Shown here piece by piece: positions 42,070 through 53,560 of a DNA stretch of 64,000 nt. Origin of the DNA: Microvirga sp. (GTDB taxonomy: Bacteria; Pseudomonadota; Alphaproteobacteria; Rhizobiales; Beijerinckiaceae); assembly GCA_031547465.1 (NCBI GenBank), contig JAVBRX010000034.1, positions 2,323-66,322 on the forward strand, read 5' to 3'. Positions within the stretch are counted from its first letter, which is position 1. The number at the start of each line of letters is the position of its first letter. The notes under the pieces are model-generated. The model did not search any database. It had not been told where the DNA came from and saw nothing but the letters and a program-made list of their open reading frames with translations. Both the position numbers and the translations under genes were made by a program.

Positions 42070-42765
42070 TCACACTCTACAGAACGTCAGATACGAGGGT
42101 GTGCGGCCTTCGCGCAAAGCCTTAGCCTCATAGCGCGTGCCGGGCCAGCCCGCCCAGGGTTTGCGCCAATCGTCCGGGCGCTCCGCCGTCCAGACGAACT
42201 CTTCCGAGCGAGCGATGCGCGCCAGCCCCCAACCGGCATAATCGTCGATATCAGTGGCGAAACGGAATTCTGCGCCGGGTTTCAGGATACGGGCAAGCAG
42301 GCGCAAGGCTTCATCGGAAAAGAACCGGCGTTTGCGTTGGCGGCGTTTCGGCCACGGATCGGGATAGAGCAGACAGGCCTGCTCGAACGCGGCGGACGGC
42401 AGGCGCGGCAGCAATTCGGCAGCATCCCGGTCCCACAGGCGGATATTGGTCAGGCCTTCCGTCTCGATCACCCGCAGTAGCTTGGCCATGCCGTTGACGA
42501 ACGGCTCGCAGCCGATGAAGCCGATTCCCGGATGGGCGCGAGCTGCTGCCGCAAGATGCTCACCGCCACCGAAACCGATCTCGATGCGATACCCCTGACA
42601 GGCTTGGCCGAACTGCGTTTCCAGATCTTTCGCCGGATCGACGCGCAATACCGGCAACAATGCCGCCAGGGCATCCTCCTGCCCAGGTCGGAGCTTTTTG
42701 CCTTTGATACGCCCGAAAAAGGCACGATCATTGGGGTTTTGCAAGGGCAACGGTTCGGCCATCAA
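42070..42765 (-). CDS. trmB: tRNA (guanine-N7)-methyltransferase
   Basis: EIGFGGGEH, GCEPF, YPDPWPK, FATD and TRYEAKA. Confidence 0.95.
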   Translation of the reverse strand: MMAEPLPLQNPNDRAFFGRIKGKKLRPGQEDALAALLPVLRVDPAKDLETQFGQACQGYRIEIGFGGGEHLAAAARAHPGIGFIGCEPFVNGMAKLLRVIETEGLTNIRLWDRDAAELLPRLPSAAFEQACLLYPDPWPKRRQRKRRFFSDEALRLLARILKPGAEFRFATDIDDYAGWGLARIARSEEFVWTAERPDDWRKPWAGWPGTRYEAKALREGRTPSYLTFCRV

Positions 42766-42866
42766 TCAGAATATCGCTGATAACATCGGACGATGCTGTA
42801 GATTCATGGAAACGCGCCGCTTGTAGCCGAAAACCATGAATGCTTTTCGGTATGGCGCGCTAGAAC

Positions 42867-42907
42867 AAAAAAATCCGCACGAAACCATTATCGCGGTTTC
42901 GTGCGGA
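42867..42907 (-). terminator. Intrinsic terminator after metK
   Basis: 13-bp stem tccgcacgaaacc/ggtttcgtgcgga with a T7 tail on the minus strand. Confidence 0.85.
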
Positions 42908-42924
42908 CGCAAACGGTAAAATGC

Positions 42925-44103
42925 TTACGAAAGGGCAGATTTAAGCGCGGCAATGAGGTCGGTGCGCTCCCACGAGAAGCCGCCCTGCGCATCCGGCTTG
43001 CGGCCAAAATGGCCATAAGCGGCGGTGCGGGCATAGATCGGCTTGTTGAGGCCGAGATGGGTGCGGATGCCGCGTGGCGACAGGTCCATAGCATCCATCA
43101 GCACCGCTTCGAGCTTGCCCTCGTCAATCTTGCCGGTGTCGTGCAGATCGGCATAGATCGACAGCGGCTTGGCGACGCCGATGGCGTAAGCGAGCTGGAT
43201 GGTGCAGCGCGAGGCGAGGCCCGCGGCCACGACGTTCTTGGCGAGATAGCGCGCCGCATAGGCCGCCGAGCGATCGACCTTGGTGGGATCCTTGCCGGAG
43301 AACGCGCCACCGCCGTGCGGAGCCGCGCCACCGTAAGTGTCAACGATAATCTTGCGCCCGGTGAGGCCGCAATCGCCGTCCGGACCGCCGATGACGAACT
43401 TGCCGGTCGGGTTGACGTGCCATACCGTCTGCGGCGTAATCCAGCCCTGCGGCAGCGCCTTGCGGATGAACGGCTCGACAATAGCGTGTACACCTTCCGA
43501 AGTCAGGCTGTCGTCAAGATGCTGGGTGGAAAGCACCAGTTGCGTGACGCCGACCGGCTTGCCGTTTTCGTAACGGACCGTCACCTGGCTCTTGGCATCC
43601 GGCCCGAGCGCGCCGGCACCGTCGATCTTCGCCTTGCGGGCGGCGGTGAGATCTTCGAGGATCTTGTGGGCGTAATAGATCGGCGCCGGCATCAGTTCCG
43701 GGGTTTCGTCACAGGCATAACCAAACATGATGCCTTGGTCGCCTGCGCCCTCGTCCTTGCTGCCAGCGGCATCGACGCCCTGGGCAATATCGGAGGATTG
43801 CTTGTGCAGATGCACGGCGATATCGGCCTTAGCCCAATGGAAGCCGTCCTGTTCATAGCCGATATCCTTGATCGCGGCGCGAGTCAGTTCGACGATTCTG
43901 TCATGCGTGACCGATTCGGGACCGCGCACTTCACCGGCGATGACGACGCGATTGGTGGTCGCCAGCGTTTCGCAGGCGACGCGGGCTTCCGGCTGCGCAC
44001 CGAGATAGAGATCGACAACCGTATCGGAAATCCGGTCGCAAACCTTATCGGGATGGCCTTCCGACACCGACTCGCTGGTGAATAGGTAACTGGATCTCCG
44101 CAC
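42925..44103 (-). CDS. metK: S-adenosylmethionine synthetase
   Basis: [19 protein letters not shown] and [12 protein letters not shown] start with AAGGA RBS. Confidence 0.98.
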   Translation of the reverse strand: MRRSSYLFTSESVSEGHPDKVCDRISDTVVDLYLGAQPEARVACETLATTNRVVIAGEVRGPESVTHDRIVELTRAAIKDIGYEQDGFHWAKADIAVHLHKQSSDIAQGVDAAGSKDEGAGDQGIMFGYACDETPELMPAPIYYAHKILEDLTAARKAKIDGAGALGPDAKSQVTVRYENGKPVGVTQLVLSTQHLDDSLTSEGVHAIVEPFIRKALPQGWITPQTVWHVNPTGKFVIGGPDGDCGLTGRKIIVDTYGGAAPHGGGAFSGKDPTKVDRSAAYAARYLAKNVVAAGLASRCTIQLAYAIGVAKPLSIYADLHDTGKIDEGKLEAVLMDAMDLSPRGIRTHLGLNKPIYARTAAYGHFGRKPDAQGGFSWERTDLIAALKSALS

Positions 44104-44300
44104 GATAATCGTCCTTCTTTTCAAACGGGCCTTAGCCTGCAAAGCGTAAAAAAACCGCCTGCTCATTGCATTTTTCAACGCAGAAGGCAAGATGGTTTGA
44201 CGAATTCGTTCGAAAAACAGAACAAGGCCTTTACATGGATCAAGAGGCATTTACACGGAAATGCTCCTTGATCCGTGTTCCCTCATTTTCCGCATTCTGT

Positions 44301-44370
44301 TGCCCTAATTTCCTTATGCCGTAATGCCTTGTGCGTTTAACCGGGTTCCACTCAAACGCGCCTGGCTCTA
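44301..44370 (+). repeat. Right half of a BRU-RS/RIME-like repeat; its end supplies the lnt TAG stop
   Basis: taatttccttatg..gtaatgc..tgtgcgtttaaccgggttccactcaaacgcg..ggctcta closely matches 48655-48722. Confidence 0.8.
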
Positions 44371-46017
44371 AGCTGGATGCGCTATCCTGCGGCGCAGATT
44401 TTGCCTGCCCGCGCAAGCTCCGGCAATGAGAGCGCAGAACAGCAGGCCGAGACCGAACAGCCACTCGCCCGCCATCCGGAAAAAGGTCTTTGGCGCAGGT
44501 AGCGGCAGCAACATGTCGATATGTCCTTTCGCGCCGAGCGGCAGGCTCGACAGGATGCGCCCATAGGGGTCGATAGCCGCCGTGATGCCAGTATTGGCGA
44601 CCCTGGCCATCGGCAGCCCTTCCTCGACGGTCCGCAGCCGTCCCTGGGCAAAATGCTGATGCGGCCCGGCGAGATCGCCGAACCAGGCATCGTTGGTGAC
44701 ATTGACGATCAGTTTTGCATCCTCGCCACCGCCATCCTGTGGCTGGATAGCGTTGGAGAAGATCGATTCATAACAGATCGCTCCGATTGCTTTGCCGATG
44801 CCGGGGATGTCGACCGTCCGGCGCATGTTGGCGGCCTCGAAACCGCCCGGCATATCGATGAACTGCCGCAACCCCACCGCCTCGACGACAGGCTGGAGAA
44901 AGCCGGGGATATACTCGCCGAACGGCACGAGATGCACCTTGTCGTATTGCCAGCGCACGGAACCGTCGGTGGAATTGAGGATAGCAATGGAATTGTAGAA
45001 CTGCCCCACCTGTTCGCCGGGCAGCGGCTCGCTCATGCGCGCCGCGCCGGAAATGAGGAATGTACCGGGAGACAGGGAACTGACGATGATCGCCACCGCC
45101 TCCGGGGATTGATCGAGGATGAACGGGAAGGCCGATTCCGGCCAGATCACATGCGTCACGCCACGCACGATCCCATCCCGCGCATTATCCCCGGCGCTGA
45201 CCCGCAGATACTCGTTGAGGATCGACAAGGCGTTGCGGGCGTTGAACTTGGAATCCTGCGGCACGTTAGGCTGCATCAGGCGTAGCTTGACATCCGCAAC
45301 CACCGGTTGCGGACCGGCGGGAATCCGCCATGCACCATAAACGGCAAGCACGAGCAGAGCGGAAGCGGCGGCAAGGCTCGGGCCGAAGCGGCGGGAAGCC
45401 CTCGTTTCCGCCGTGTCGAACAGCGTCGCCGGGGCGGACAGGGCGAGAATGGCGAGAAGCGTCAGAAAGTAAACGCCACCAAGGGCAGCGCCCTGCATCA
45501 GCCACAGGTTCTGGCCCAGCGTCATGCCGATGAGATTCCATGGAAACCCACTGAACAGGTGGCCACGCAGCCATTCACTCGCGGAAAGCGCGGCGGCGAA
45601 AGCGAGAATCCGACCCCAGCCGGGACTCCAGAACAGCCGCGCCGTAGCAAAACCGCAGGCGGGGAAAATCGCCAGAACCGCCGGAAGGCCGATGACTCCG
45701 AACGGCATCGCCCAGGCGAAAAGCTCCGCCTCGACCAGAAACGCCGAGCCAAGCCACCACAATCCGGCAACGAAGTAACCGAACCCCCATAACCAGCCAC
45801 AGAAAAAACCCTTACGCAGCAGATGCTTCAGCGAAGGCACGGCATCTTCATCTGCGCAAGGGTCCACGCAAGTATCGAGAAGCAGCACGGCAATGGTCAG
45901 CGACACCGCCATCGCCGGAATGAAACCGAGCGGCGGCATTGCCAGAACGCCGCAGGCTCCCGCCAGAATTGCGATGAGATTGCGCTGCCAGCGAGAACGT
46001 TCAGCCAGGAAGATCAT
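44368..46017 (-). CDS. lnt: Apolipoprotein N-acyltransferase
   Basis: WPESA, YDKVHLVPFGE, ICYE, NDAWFG and ANTGIT. Confidence 0.96.
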   Translation of the reverse strand: MIFLAERSRWQRNLIAILAGACGVLAMPPLGFIPAMAVSLTIAVLLLDTCVDPCADEDAVPSLKHLLRKGFFCGWLWGFGYFVAGLWWLGSAFLVEAELFAWAMPFGVIGLPAVLAIFPACGFATARLFWSPGWGRILAFAAALSASEWLRGHLFSGFPWNLIGMTLGQNLWLMQGAALGGVYFLTLLAILALSAPATLFDTAETRASRRFGPSLAAASALLVLAVYGAWRIPAGPQPVVADVKLRLMQPNVPQDSKFNARNALSILNEYLRVSAGDNARDGIVRGVTHVIWPESAFPFILDQSPEAVAIIVSSLSPGTFLISGAARMSEPLPGEQVGQFYNSIAILNSTDGSVRWQYDKVHLVPFGEYIPGFLQPVVEAVGLRQFIDMPGGFEAANMRRTVDIPGIGKAIGAICYESIFSNAIQPQDGGGEDAKLIVNVTNDAWFGDLAGPHQHFAQGRLRTVEEGLPMARVANTGITAAIDPYGRILSSLPLGAKGHIDMLLPLPAPKTFFRMAGEWLFGLGLLFCALIAGACAGRQNLRRRIAHPA

Positions 46018-47009
46018 GTGCGGGATTTTGCCGTCGCATCGTTTTCAGGCGGCGACGCTGTCCCCGCTTCCGGATTGCGGCGATGGACACGCACCCGTTT
46101 GACGCGGCGCGGATCAGCATCGAGGATCTCGAATTCCAGCGGCGCAGGGCCGGAAATGAGTTCGGAGCGCGACGGCACCCGCCCGACAATGGTGACGATG
46201 AAGCCGCCGAACGTGTCGATATCCTCGACCTCCGCTTCCGCCGCCAGATCAATGCCGATTGCCTTCGACACATCGTCGAGTTCGGCGCGGGCATCGACCA
46301 CGAATACGTTCTGCCCGGTCTGGACGATACTGGGCGCTTCGTCGTCGTCGTGTTCGTCCTCAATGTCGCCGACCACGGTTTCGATCAGATCCTCGATCGA
46401 CACCAGGCCGTCGGTGCCGCCATATTCATCGATGACAAGGGCGATATGGGTGCGCACCGCCTGCATCTTCACCAGAAGATCGACGGCGGGCATCGAACCG
46501 GGGACGAACAGGATATCGCGCTGAATGCCGATTTCGGCCACTGTTTTCGACAGATCGACCTTTGTGAGGTCGTGCGCTTCGCCATCGCCGATCATCGCCG
46601 ATTCGGTGATGTAATCGAGGAAATCGCGGATATGCACCATGCCTTTGGGATCATCCAGGGTCTCGCCGTAGGTCGGCAGGCGCGAATGTCCAGCAGAGCG
46701 GAACACCTGCATCAGCTTGCCGAGATCCATGTCCACCGGCACGGCGACGATATCGGCCCGCGGCACCATGACATCATCGACACGGATGCGGTGAAAACCG
46801 AGAACATTCTTGAGCATCGCCCGCTCCTGGGGCGAAAACTCCGGGTCTTCCGCCGTTTCCGCCAGAACGTCCTCAAGGTCGTCGCGCAGCGACTCGCGGG
46901 ATTTCAACCCGAGTCGCAGCAACAATTTATCATACCAGGATTCATCCGGGCTGGCGGATTCGCCAGCAGTACCTGAATGCAGGCCGTCGCGACTTCGATC
47001 GTCGTTCAT
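46014..47009 (-). CDS. corC: CBS/CorC-HlyC domain protein (CorC/YbeX)
   Basis: VMVPRADI, HSRLP and VIDEYGGTDGLVSIEDL; conserved position between ybeY and lnt. Confidence 0.88.
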   Translation of the reverse strand: MNDDRSRDGLHSGTAGESASPDESWYDKLLLRLGLKSRESLRDDLEDVLAETAEDPEFSPQERAMLKNVLGFHRIRVDDVMVPRADIVAVPVDMDLGKLMQVFRSAGHSRLPTYGETLDDPKGMVHIRDFLDYITESAMIGDGEAHDLTKVDLSKTVAEIGIQRDILFVPGSMPAVDLLVKMQAVRTHIALVIDEYGGTDGLVSIEDLIETVVGDIEDEHDDDEAPSIVQTGQNVFVVDARAELDDVSKAIGIDLAAEAEVEDIDTFGGFIVTIVGRVPSRSELISGPAPLEFEILDADPRRVKRVRVHRRNPEAGTASPPENDATAKSRT

Positions 47010-47039
47010 CGTCTTTCCGTCAGCGGATCGGAGAGCCGA

Positions 47040-47537
47040 TCACGCCGCCTCGTCTCGATAAGGATCCGGCACACCGATTCGGGCAAGAATCGCCGTTTCC
47101 AATTGTTCCATGATTTGGGCCTCCTGCTCAAGCTCATGATCGTGGCCGAGCAGATGCAATGTGCCATGGACCAGAAGATGCGCGGCATGGTCGGTAAGTT
47201 TCTTACCCTGTTCCTTGGCCTCGCGCTCCAGAGTCTCGAAGGCGAGGGCAATATCGCCCAGGGGCCGCGCGATCAGCGGGTTGCCCGGAACCGGCGGCGC
47301 GGGGAAGGAGAGGACATTAGTGGGCTTATCCTTTCCGCGCCAGGCTAGGTTCAGCTCCTGCAAGGCTTCGTCATCGGCGAACAGGATTGAAATCTCGACC
47401 GCCCCGCCGGTATATTCATCCGCGCCCATGAGAGCCGCCTCGACGGCCTGGCGAGCGAAGGCCTCAATATCGCCGAACGTATTCCAACCTTCGGTTTCGA
47501 TGCTGATATCGAGTTCGACGTCAATTTTCTTCAGCAT
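47040..47537 (-). CDS. ybeY: rRNA maturation RNase YbeY
   Basis: RGKDKPTNVLSF and HGTLHLLGHDH. Confidence 0.95.
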   Translation of the reverse strand: MLKKIDVELDISIETEGWNTFGDIEAFARQAVEAALMGADEYTGGAVEISILFADDEALQELNLAWRGKDKPTNVLSFPAPPVPGNPLIARPLGDIALAFETLEREAKEQGKKLTDHAAHLLVHGTLHLLGHDHELEQEAQIMEQLETAILARIGVPDPYRDEAA

Positions 47538-48597
47538 GGTCTTTCTCGTTCTTCCCGGCCCGGGCGGCGCGTCCGCGCGTAGCGGCGTCATAGGCAGCGA
47601 CGATACGGCGCACGAGATCGTGCCGCACCACATCCGCTTCGCCGAAACGGATGCGTCCGACGCCTTCGACCTTGCCGAGCAGAGCGCTCGCTTCCACCAG
47701 CCCGGACATCTGCCCCGGTGGCAGATCGATCTGCGACGGGTCACCGGTGACGATCATTTTCGAGCCTTCGCCAAGGCGGGTGAGAAACATTTTCATCTGC
47801 ATCGGCGTAGTGTTCTGCGCCTCGTCGAGCAGGATGGCGGCGTTCGAAAGGGTGCGCCCGCGCATGAAGGCGAGCGGTGCAATTTCGATCATGCCGGTCT
47901 GCAACCCGCGCTCGACATGCCGCGCCTCCATGAAATCGTAGAGCGCATCGTAGACGGGGCGCAGATACGGATCCACCTTTTCGCGCATATCGCCGGGCAG
48001 GAAGCCGAGCCGCTCGCCCGCTTCCACTGCCGGACGAGACAGAACCAGCCGTTCGACCTCGCCGCGCTCCAGCATCGATACCGCATAGCCGACGGCCAGC
48101 CATGTCTTGCCGGTTCCGGCGGGGCCTTCGGCAAAAATCAGTTCGTGCTGACGCATGGCGGCGATATAGGCGCTTTGCATGGCGGTGCGGGCGCGCACCT
48201 GACCACGCTTGCGGGTGGTAATCTGATCGAAGCCGGTGCGCTCGCGCGGCTCTTCTGCTGGAAACAGGTTGCCTTGCAACAATTCCTCGCGGATCGCCCC
48301 GTCGAGGTCGCCCGCCGACAGGGGCGCACCGGCCCGCACCCGCTCATACAGATTTTCCAGCACCCGGCGCGCCTGATCGCTGGCGGTCGGGCTGCCCTTG
48401 ATGACCACGCAATTGCCGTTGGCGGTGGCGGCAATGCCGAGCCGTCGTTCAAGATGCGCGAGGTTCTGGTCGTAAAGGCCGAACACGGCGCTCGCTAGAA
48501 CGTTATCCTCAAAAGCCAGCGTCACCTCCGCCACTTCCTCCACACCCGGATAGACGTGCGATGCGTCGGTCGTGCTGGAGCCATTGTGGTGCTTCAA
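47521..48597 (-). CDS. phoH: PhoH-family ATPase (YbeZ)
   Basis: GPAGTGKT, RPAVEAGE.LGFLPG, MRGRT and DEAQN. Confidence 0.94.
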   Translation of the reverse strand: MKHHNGSSTTDASHVYPGVEEVAEVTLAFEDNVLASAVFGLYDQNLAHLERRLGIAATANGNCVVIKGSPTASDQARRVLENLYERVRAGAPLSAGDLDGAIREELLQGNLFPAEEPRERTGFDQITTRKRGQVRARTAMQSAYIAAMRQHELIFAEGPAGTGKTWLAVGYAVSMLERGEVERLVLSRPAVEAGERLGFLPGDMREKVDPYLRPVYDALYDFMEARHVERGLQTGMIEIAPLAFMRGRTLSNAAILLDEAQNTTPMQMKMFLTRLGEGSKMIVTGDPSQIDLPPGQMSGLVEASALLGKVEGVGRIRFGEADVVRHDLVRRIVAAYDAATRGRAARAGKNEKDHAEEN

Positions 48598-48619
48598 GAT
48601 GCCTCTCCCGATGGTCTCT

Positions 48620-48722
48620 TAGAGCATAATATGTTTTCGTATAAACGCATCATGCTCTAATTTCCTTATGTCGCAATGCTTTATGTGTTTAACCGGAGTC
48701 CACTTAAACGCGTATTGCTCTA
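48620..48722 (+). repeat. Full-length 103-bp BRU-RS/RIME-like repeat
   Basis: TAGAGC...GCTCTA hairpin, spacer, GTTTAACCGG....CACTTAAACGC hairpin and terminal TTGCTCTA. Confidence 0.88.
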
Positions 48723-48772
48723 GCCGCTTCTCTTCTCGCTTCACTGTCTCTTGCCTCAGCCTCTTGCCGCCC

Positions 48773-50113
48773 TCACCCGGTAACCGCTTCGCCGAACAGG
48801 CTGTTGCTGCCCATCGCGGCAATGCGCACCGTGGCAACGTCGCCGACCTGATAACGGTCAGTTTCGATCTGCACGGCCTGAAGATAGGGCGACTTGCCGG
48901 CGAGCTGACCGGGATAGCGCCCCGGCTTTTCGAATAACACCTCGACCGTGCGCCCAACCGTCGCGGCATTGAAGGCGTGGCGCTGTTCTTCGAGAAGCGC
49001 CTGCAACCGGTGAAGCCGATCCAGCTTCACGTCCTCTGGTACCTGATCCGCCTTGTCGGCGGCGGGTGTGCCGGGGCGCGGGCTGTATTTGAACGAAAAC
49101 GCACTGGCAAAACCGACATCGCACACAAGGCGCATCGTCGCCTCGAAATCGTCATCCGTCTCGCCCGGAAAACCGACGATGAAATCGGACGACAAGGCGA
49201 TATCGGGCCGAGCGGCACGCACCCGGTCGATCAGGCGGCGATAGACATCGCCGGTATGTTGACGGTTCATCGCCGCAAGAACACGATCGGACCCGGCCTG
49301 AACCGGCAGATGCAGATACGGCATCAGCGCACCGAGGTCGCGATGCGCGTCGATCAGGTCATCACCCATATCGTGCGGATGACTGGTAGTATAGCGCAGC
49401 CGTTTGATGCCGGGAATATCGCTTAAAAGCCGCAGCAGCCGTGGCAAGGACCAGATTTCGCCGTCCGGCCCTATGCCGTGATAGGCGTTGACGTTCTGAC
49501 CGATCAGCGTCAACTCCCGCACCCCGGCCTCTGTCAGGCGCTTTGCCTCCTCGACGATGCGCTCGACGGGGCGCGACATTTCCGCACCGCGCGTATAAGG
49601 CACGACACAGAAAGTGCAGAATTTGTCGCAACCCTCCTGAATGGTGAGGAACGCGCCGACGCCGCGCCGGGCAATAATCTGGCGCGATGTTGCGGGCAGG
49701 TGATCGAACTTGTCCTCGACCGGAAATTCGGTATCGACCACCCGCCCCTTTTCGGCCTTCGCCAGCAGAGCCGGCAGGTGATGATAATTCTGCGGCCCGA
49801 CGACGACATCGACGGCTGAAGCACGGCGCAGGATTTCCGCGCCTTCAGCCTGCGCCACGCATCCGGCGACGACGACCTTGGTTTCCTGCCCGTGCTTCAG
49901 CCGCCGCAGCCTCATTGAGCGCACCCGGCCGAGCTCGGAATAGACCTTCTCCGCCGCTTTCTCACGGATGTGACAGGTGTTGAGAATGACGAGATCCGCC
50001 TCTTCCATGGCCGTGGTCTCGCTATAGCCTTCCTTCGACAGAACGTCGGTCATGCGCTCGGCATCGTAGACGTTCATCTGGCAGCCATAGGATTTGACGA
50101 AGACTTTCTTCAC
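48773..50113 (-). CDS. miaB: tRNA-i6A37 methylthiotransferase
   Basis: [28 protein letters not shown] (radical SAM), DFIVGFPGE and a TRAM domain. Confidence 0.97.
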   Translation of the reverse strand: MKKVFVKSYGCQMNVYDAERMTDVLSKEGYSETTAMEEADLVILNTCHIREKAAEKVYSELGRVRSMRLRRLKHGQETKVVVAGCVAQAEGAEILRRASAVDVVVGPQNYHHLPALLAKAEKGRVVDTEFPVEDKFDHLPATSRQIIARRGVGAFLTIQEGCDKFCTFCVVPYTRGAEMSRPVERIVEEAKRLTEAGVRELTLIGQNVNAYHGIGPDGEIWSLPRLLRLLSDIPGIKRLRYTTSHPHDMGDDLIDAHRDLGALMPYLHLPVQAGSDRVLAAMNRQHTGDVYRRLIDRVRAARPDIALSSDFIVGFPGETDDDFEATMRLVCDVGFASAFSFKYSPRPGTPAADKADQVPEDVKLDRLHRLQALLEEQRHAFNAATVGRTVEVLFEKPGRYPGQLAGKSPYLQAVQIETDRYQVGDVATVRIAAMGSNSLFGEAVTG

Positions 50114-50207
50114 CGGAAAAACCCTGTTCGTTCACAATGCGGCGATTGTCGGTAAACGCTCTTATTGCGGCGAATTTCGCGTCTTTGCAACGATTTTCCT
50201 ACATATC

Positions 50208-51032
50208 TCATGACGCAAGCAAAGCCTGGCGCACGCTTTCCTCGGCCCTGCGGGCCATACTTTTCCGGTCTGCCATCGCATCGAACGGAATCGACTCGCC
50301 CCAGACGACCCGGACATCGAGCGGGCCGTTACATAACAGATCGATGAGATGGCCAGCGAGATCCATGTTGCCGTACCAGGCGATCTGCGGCCGCTCGCGG
50401 CGCGACACAGGCAGGCCGTTGCGCCGCATGTAGCGGATGGCGAGTGGTTGCAGGCGAATATGACCGGCAGAGTAATCGTCGACTACCGCCTGCACCGCAC
50501 CGATCAGCGACGACCGGAACGGCAGGATGCGCGTACCGTCGCCAGTCGTGCCTTCGGCGAACAGCACCATGGCGTCACCCCCGGCGATGCGCTTCGCCAC
50601 GGTGCGGTTGACGGCAGCGGTGTCGGAACGCCGGGCGCGATCAATGAACACCGTGCGCTGCATCCGCGCCAAAAACCCGACTCCCGGCCAGGACGACACT
50701 TCCGACTTGGCGATGAACGACAGCGGCCTGAGCGACCCGAGAACCGGAATATCGAACCACGACACATGATTGGCGACGATGAAAACCGGATGTCCGTCCG
50801 GCGGTACGCCGCGCATATCGACCCGTGTGCCGGTAAGCCGCATGACGAGCCGGTGAAACAGCACCGGCACATACCCCGCCAGCCGCCAGTTGCGCCGCAC
50901 CGCCAGCGCCTGCATCGGCGCAAGCACAATGATTGTAAGGCTCAACACCGCCACAATAAGTATGGGACGCACATATCGAAGGGAAGCGGCCATGCCGGTT
51001 TTCGCGCCGATCTTGCCGCCGGGCTGCGTCAT
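50208..51032 (-). CDS. olsA: Lysophospholipid acyltransferase, probably lyso-ornithine lipid O-acyltransferase OlsA
   Basis: NHVSWFD, FIAKSEV and FAEGTT; located between fur and miaB as in rhizobia. Confidence 0.72.
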   Translation of the reverse strand: MTQPGGKIGAKTGMAASLRYVRPILIVAVLSLTIIVLAPMQALAVRRNWRLAGYVPVLFHRLVMRLTGTRVDMRGVPPDGHPVFIVANHVSWFDIPVLGSLRPLSFIAKSEVSSWPGVGFLARMQRTVFIDRARRSDTAAVNRTVAKRIAGGDAMVLFAEGTTGDGTRILPFRSSLIGAVQAVVDDYSAGHIRLQPLAIRYMRRNGLPVSRRERPQIAWYGNMDLAGHLIDLLCNGPLDVRVVWGESIPFDAMADRKSMARRAEESVRQALLAS

Positions 51033-51487
51033 TCGGTCCCGGAATCCTTGTCGAGGGGAACACAATACAGTTCGAGGCGGTGATGCACCACCTTGAAGCC
51101 AAGCCGCCGGGCAATCTCATTCTGCAAGGCCTCGATCTCTTCCGACTGGAACTCAATGACGTTGCCAGTATCGAGGTCGATCAGGTGGTCATGGTGATGA
51201 CCCTGCACCTGTTCATAGCGCGAGCGCCCCTCGCGGAAATCGAGCCGCTCGATGATGCCCTCGCGTTCGAACAGCTTCAAGGTGCGATACACAGTCGACA
51301 GCGAAATCCGGTCATCGACGGTGGCGGCGCGGCGATGCAGATCCAGCACGTCCGGGTGGTCGGTGGCGGCGTCGAGAATCCGGGCGATGATGCGACGCTG
51401 CCCAGTCATGCGCAACCCGCGCTCCTGACAGGCAACCTCTATCCCCCGCATTGTGTGCCCATTTTGCCCCTGCCCGTCTTCCGTCAT
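51029..51487 (-). CDS. fur: Fur/Mur-family metal-responsive regulator
   Basis: GLRMTGQR, DHPD, SLSTVYRT, HHDHLID and HRLELY. Confidence 0.9.
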   Translation of the reverse strand: MTEDGQGQNGHTMRGIEVACQERGLRMTGQRRIIARILDAATDHPDVLDLHRRAATVDDRISLSTVYRTLKLFEREGIIERLDFREGRSRYEQVQGHHHDHLIDLDTGNVIEFQSEEIEALQNEIARRLGFKVVHHRLELYCVPLDKDSGTE

Positions 51488-51769
51488 GCCTGCCTTCACG
51501 TTTCTGGACCCGCTCCGGTTGATGTCCTGATTCGGACACACATACTCTCAAAACCTTATGCCGCTTATAGGCCGAGAGGGGAGGCGCGTAAATGTATCTG
51601 GCCGGTTCTTCCCGCCTTCCCTGAGCAGGCGCTGAACCAGATCAGGATTTTCCAGCCTTTATTAGATTCATGCCTGTAATTTTCTGTCAAATTGTGCCGT
51701 GTTTTTGTCGATTTATTCAGGAAAACCCGGTATCCAGCGCCACGCTCAAATAATCAGGCCGGAAACGCC

Positions 51770-53296
<1,527 letters not shown>

Positions 53297-53355
53297 GATT
53301 ACACCCATATTCAAAGGGATTGCGCGAACGGCCTGACAAGGCAAAAACCTGCTGT

Positions 53356-53460
53356 TAGAGCGCGATCCGATCAAATTGCATCGGATTGCGCTCTAACTTT
53401 CCTTTATTTCCCGCATTTTCTTGCGTCGAACCGGTGGCCACTTCGGCGGAAAATGCTCTA
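53356..53460 (+). repeat. Full-length 105-bp BRU-RS/RIME-like repeat
   Basis: TAGAGCGCGATCCGAT...ATCGGATTGCGCTCTA...GAACCGG....CACTTC...AATGCTCTA. Confidence 0.88.
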
Positions 53461-53560
53461 AGGTGTGGGCATGAACAGTGCGGCCACACCTGAGCTGTTC
53501 GCTCTCCTCTCAATCACCGCAGGATTGGAAAACCTTGAAACCCAGGAAAGCCTTGAAACC

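Noticed and set aside
44104-44240. SAM riboswitch upstream of metK
   Set aside because: Only a short TTGCAGGCTAA resemblance; the SAM-II and SAM-SAH cores and pairings could not be built.
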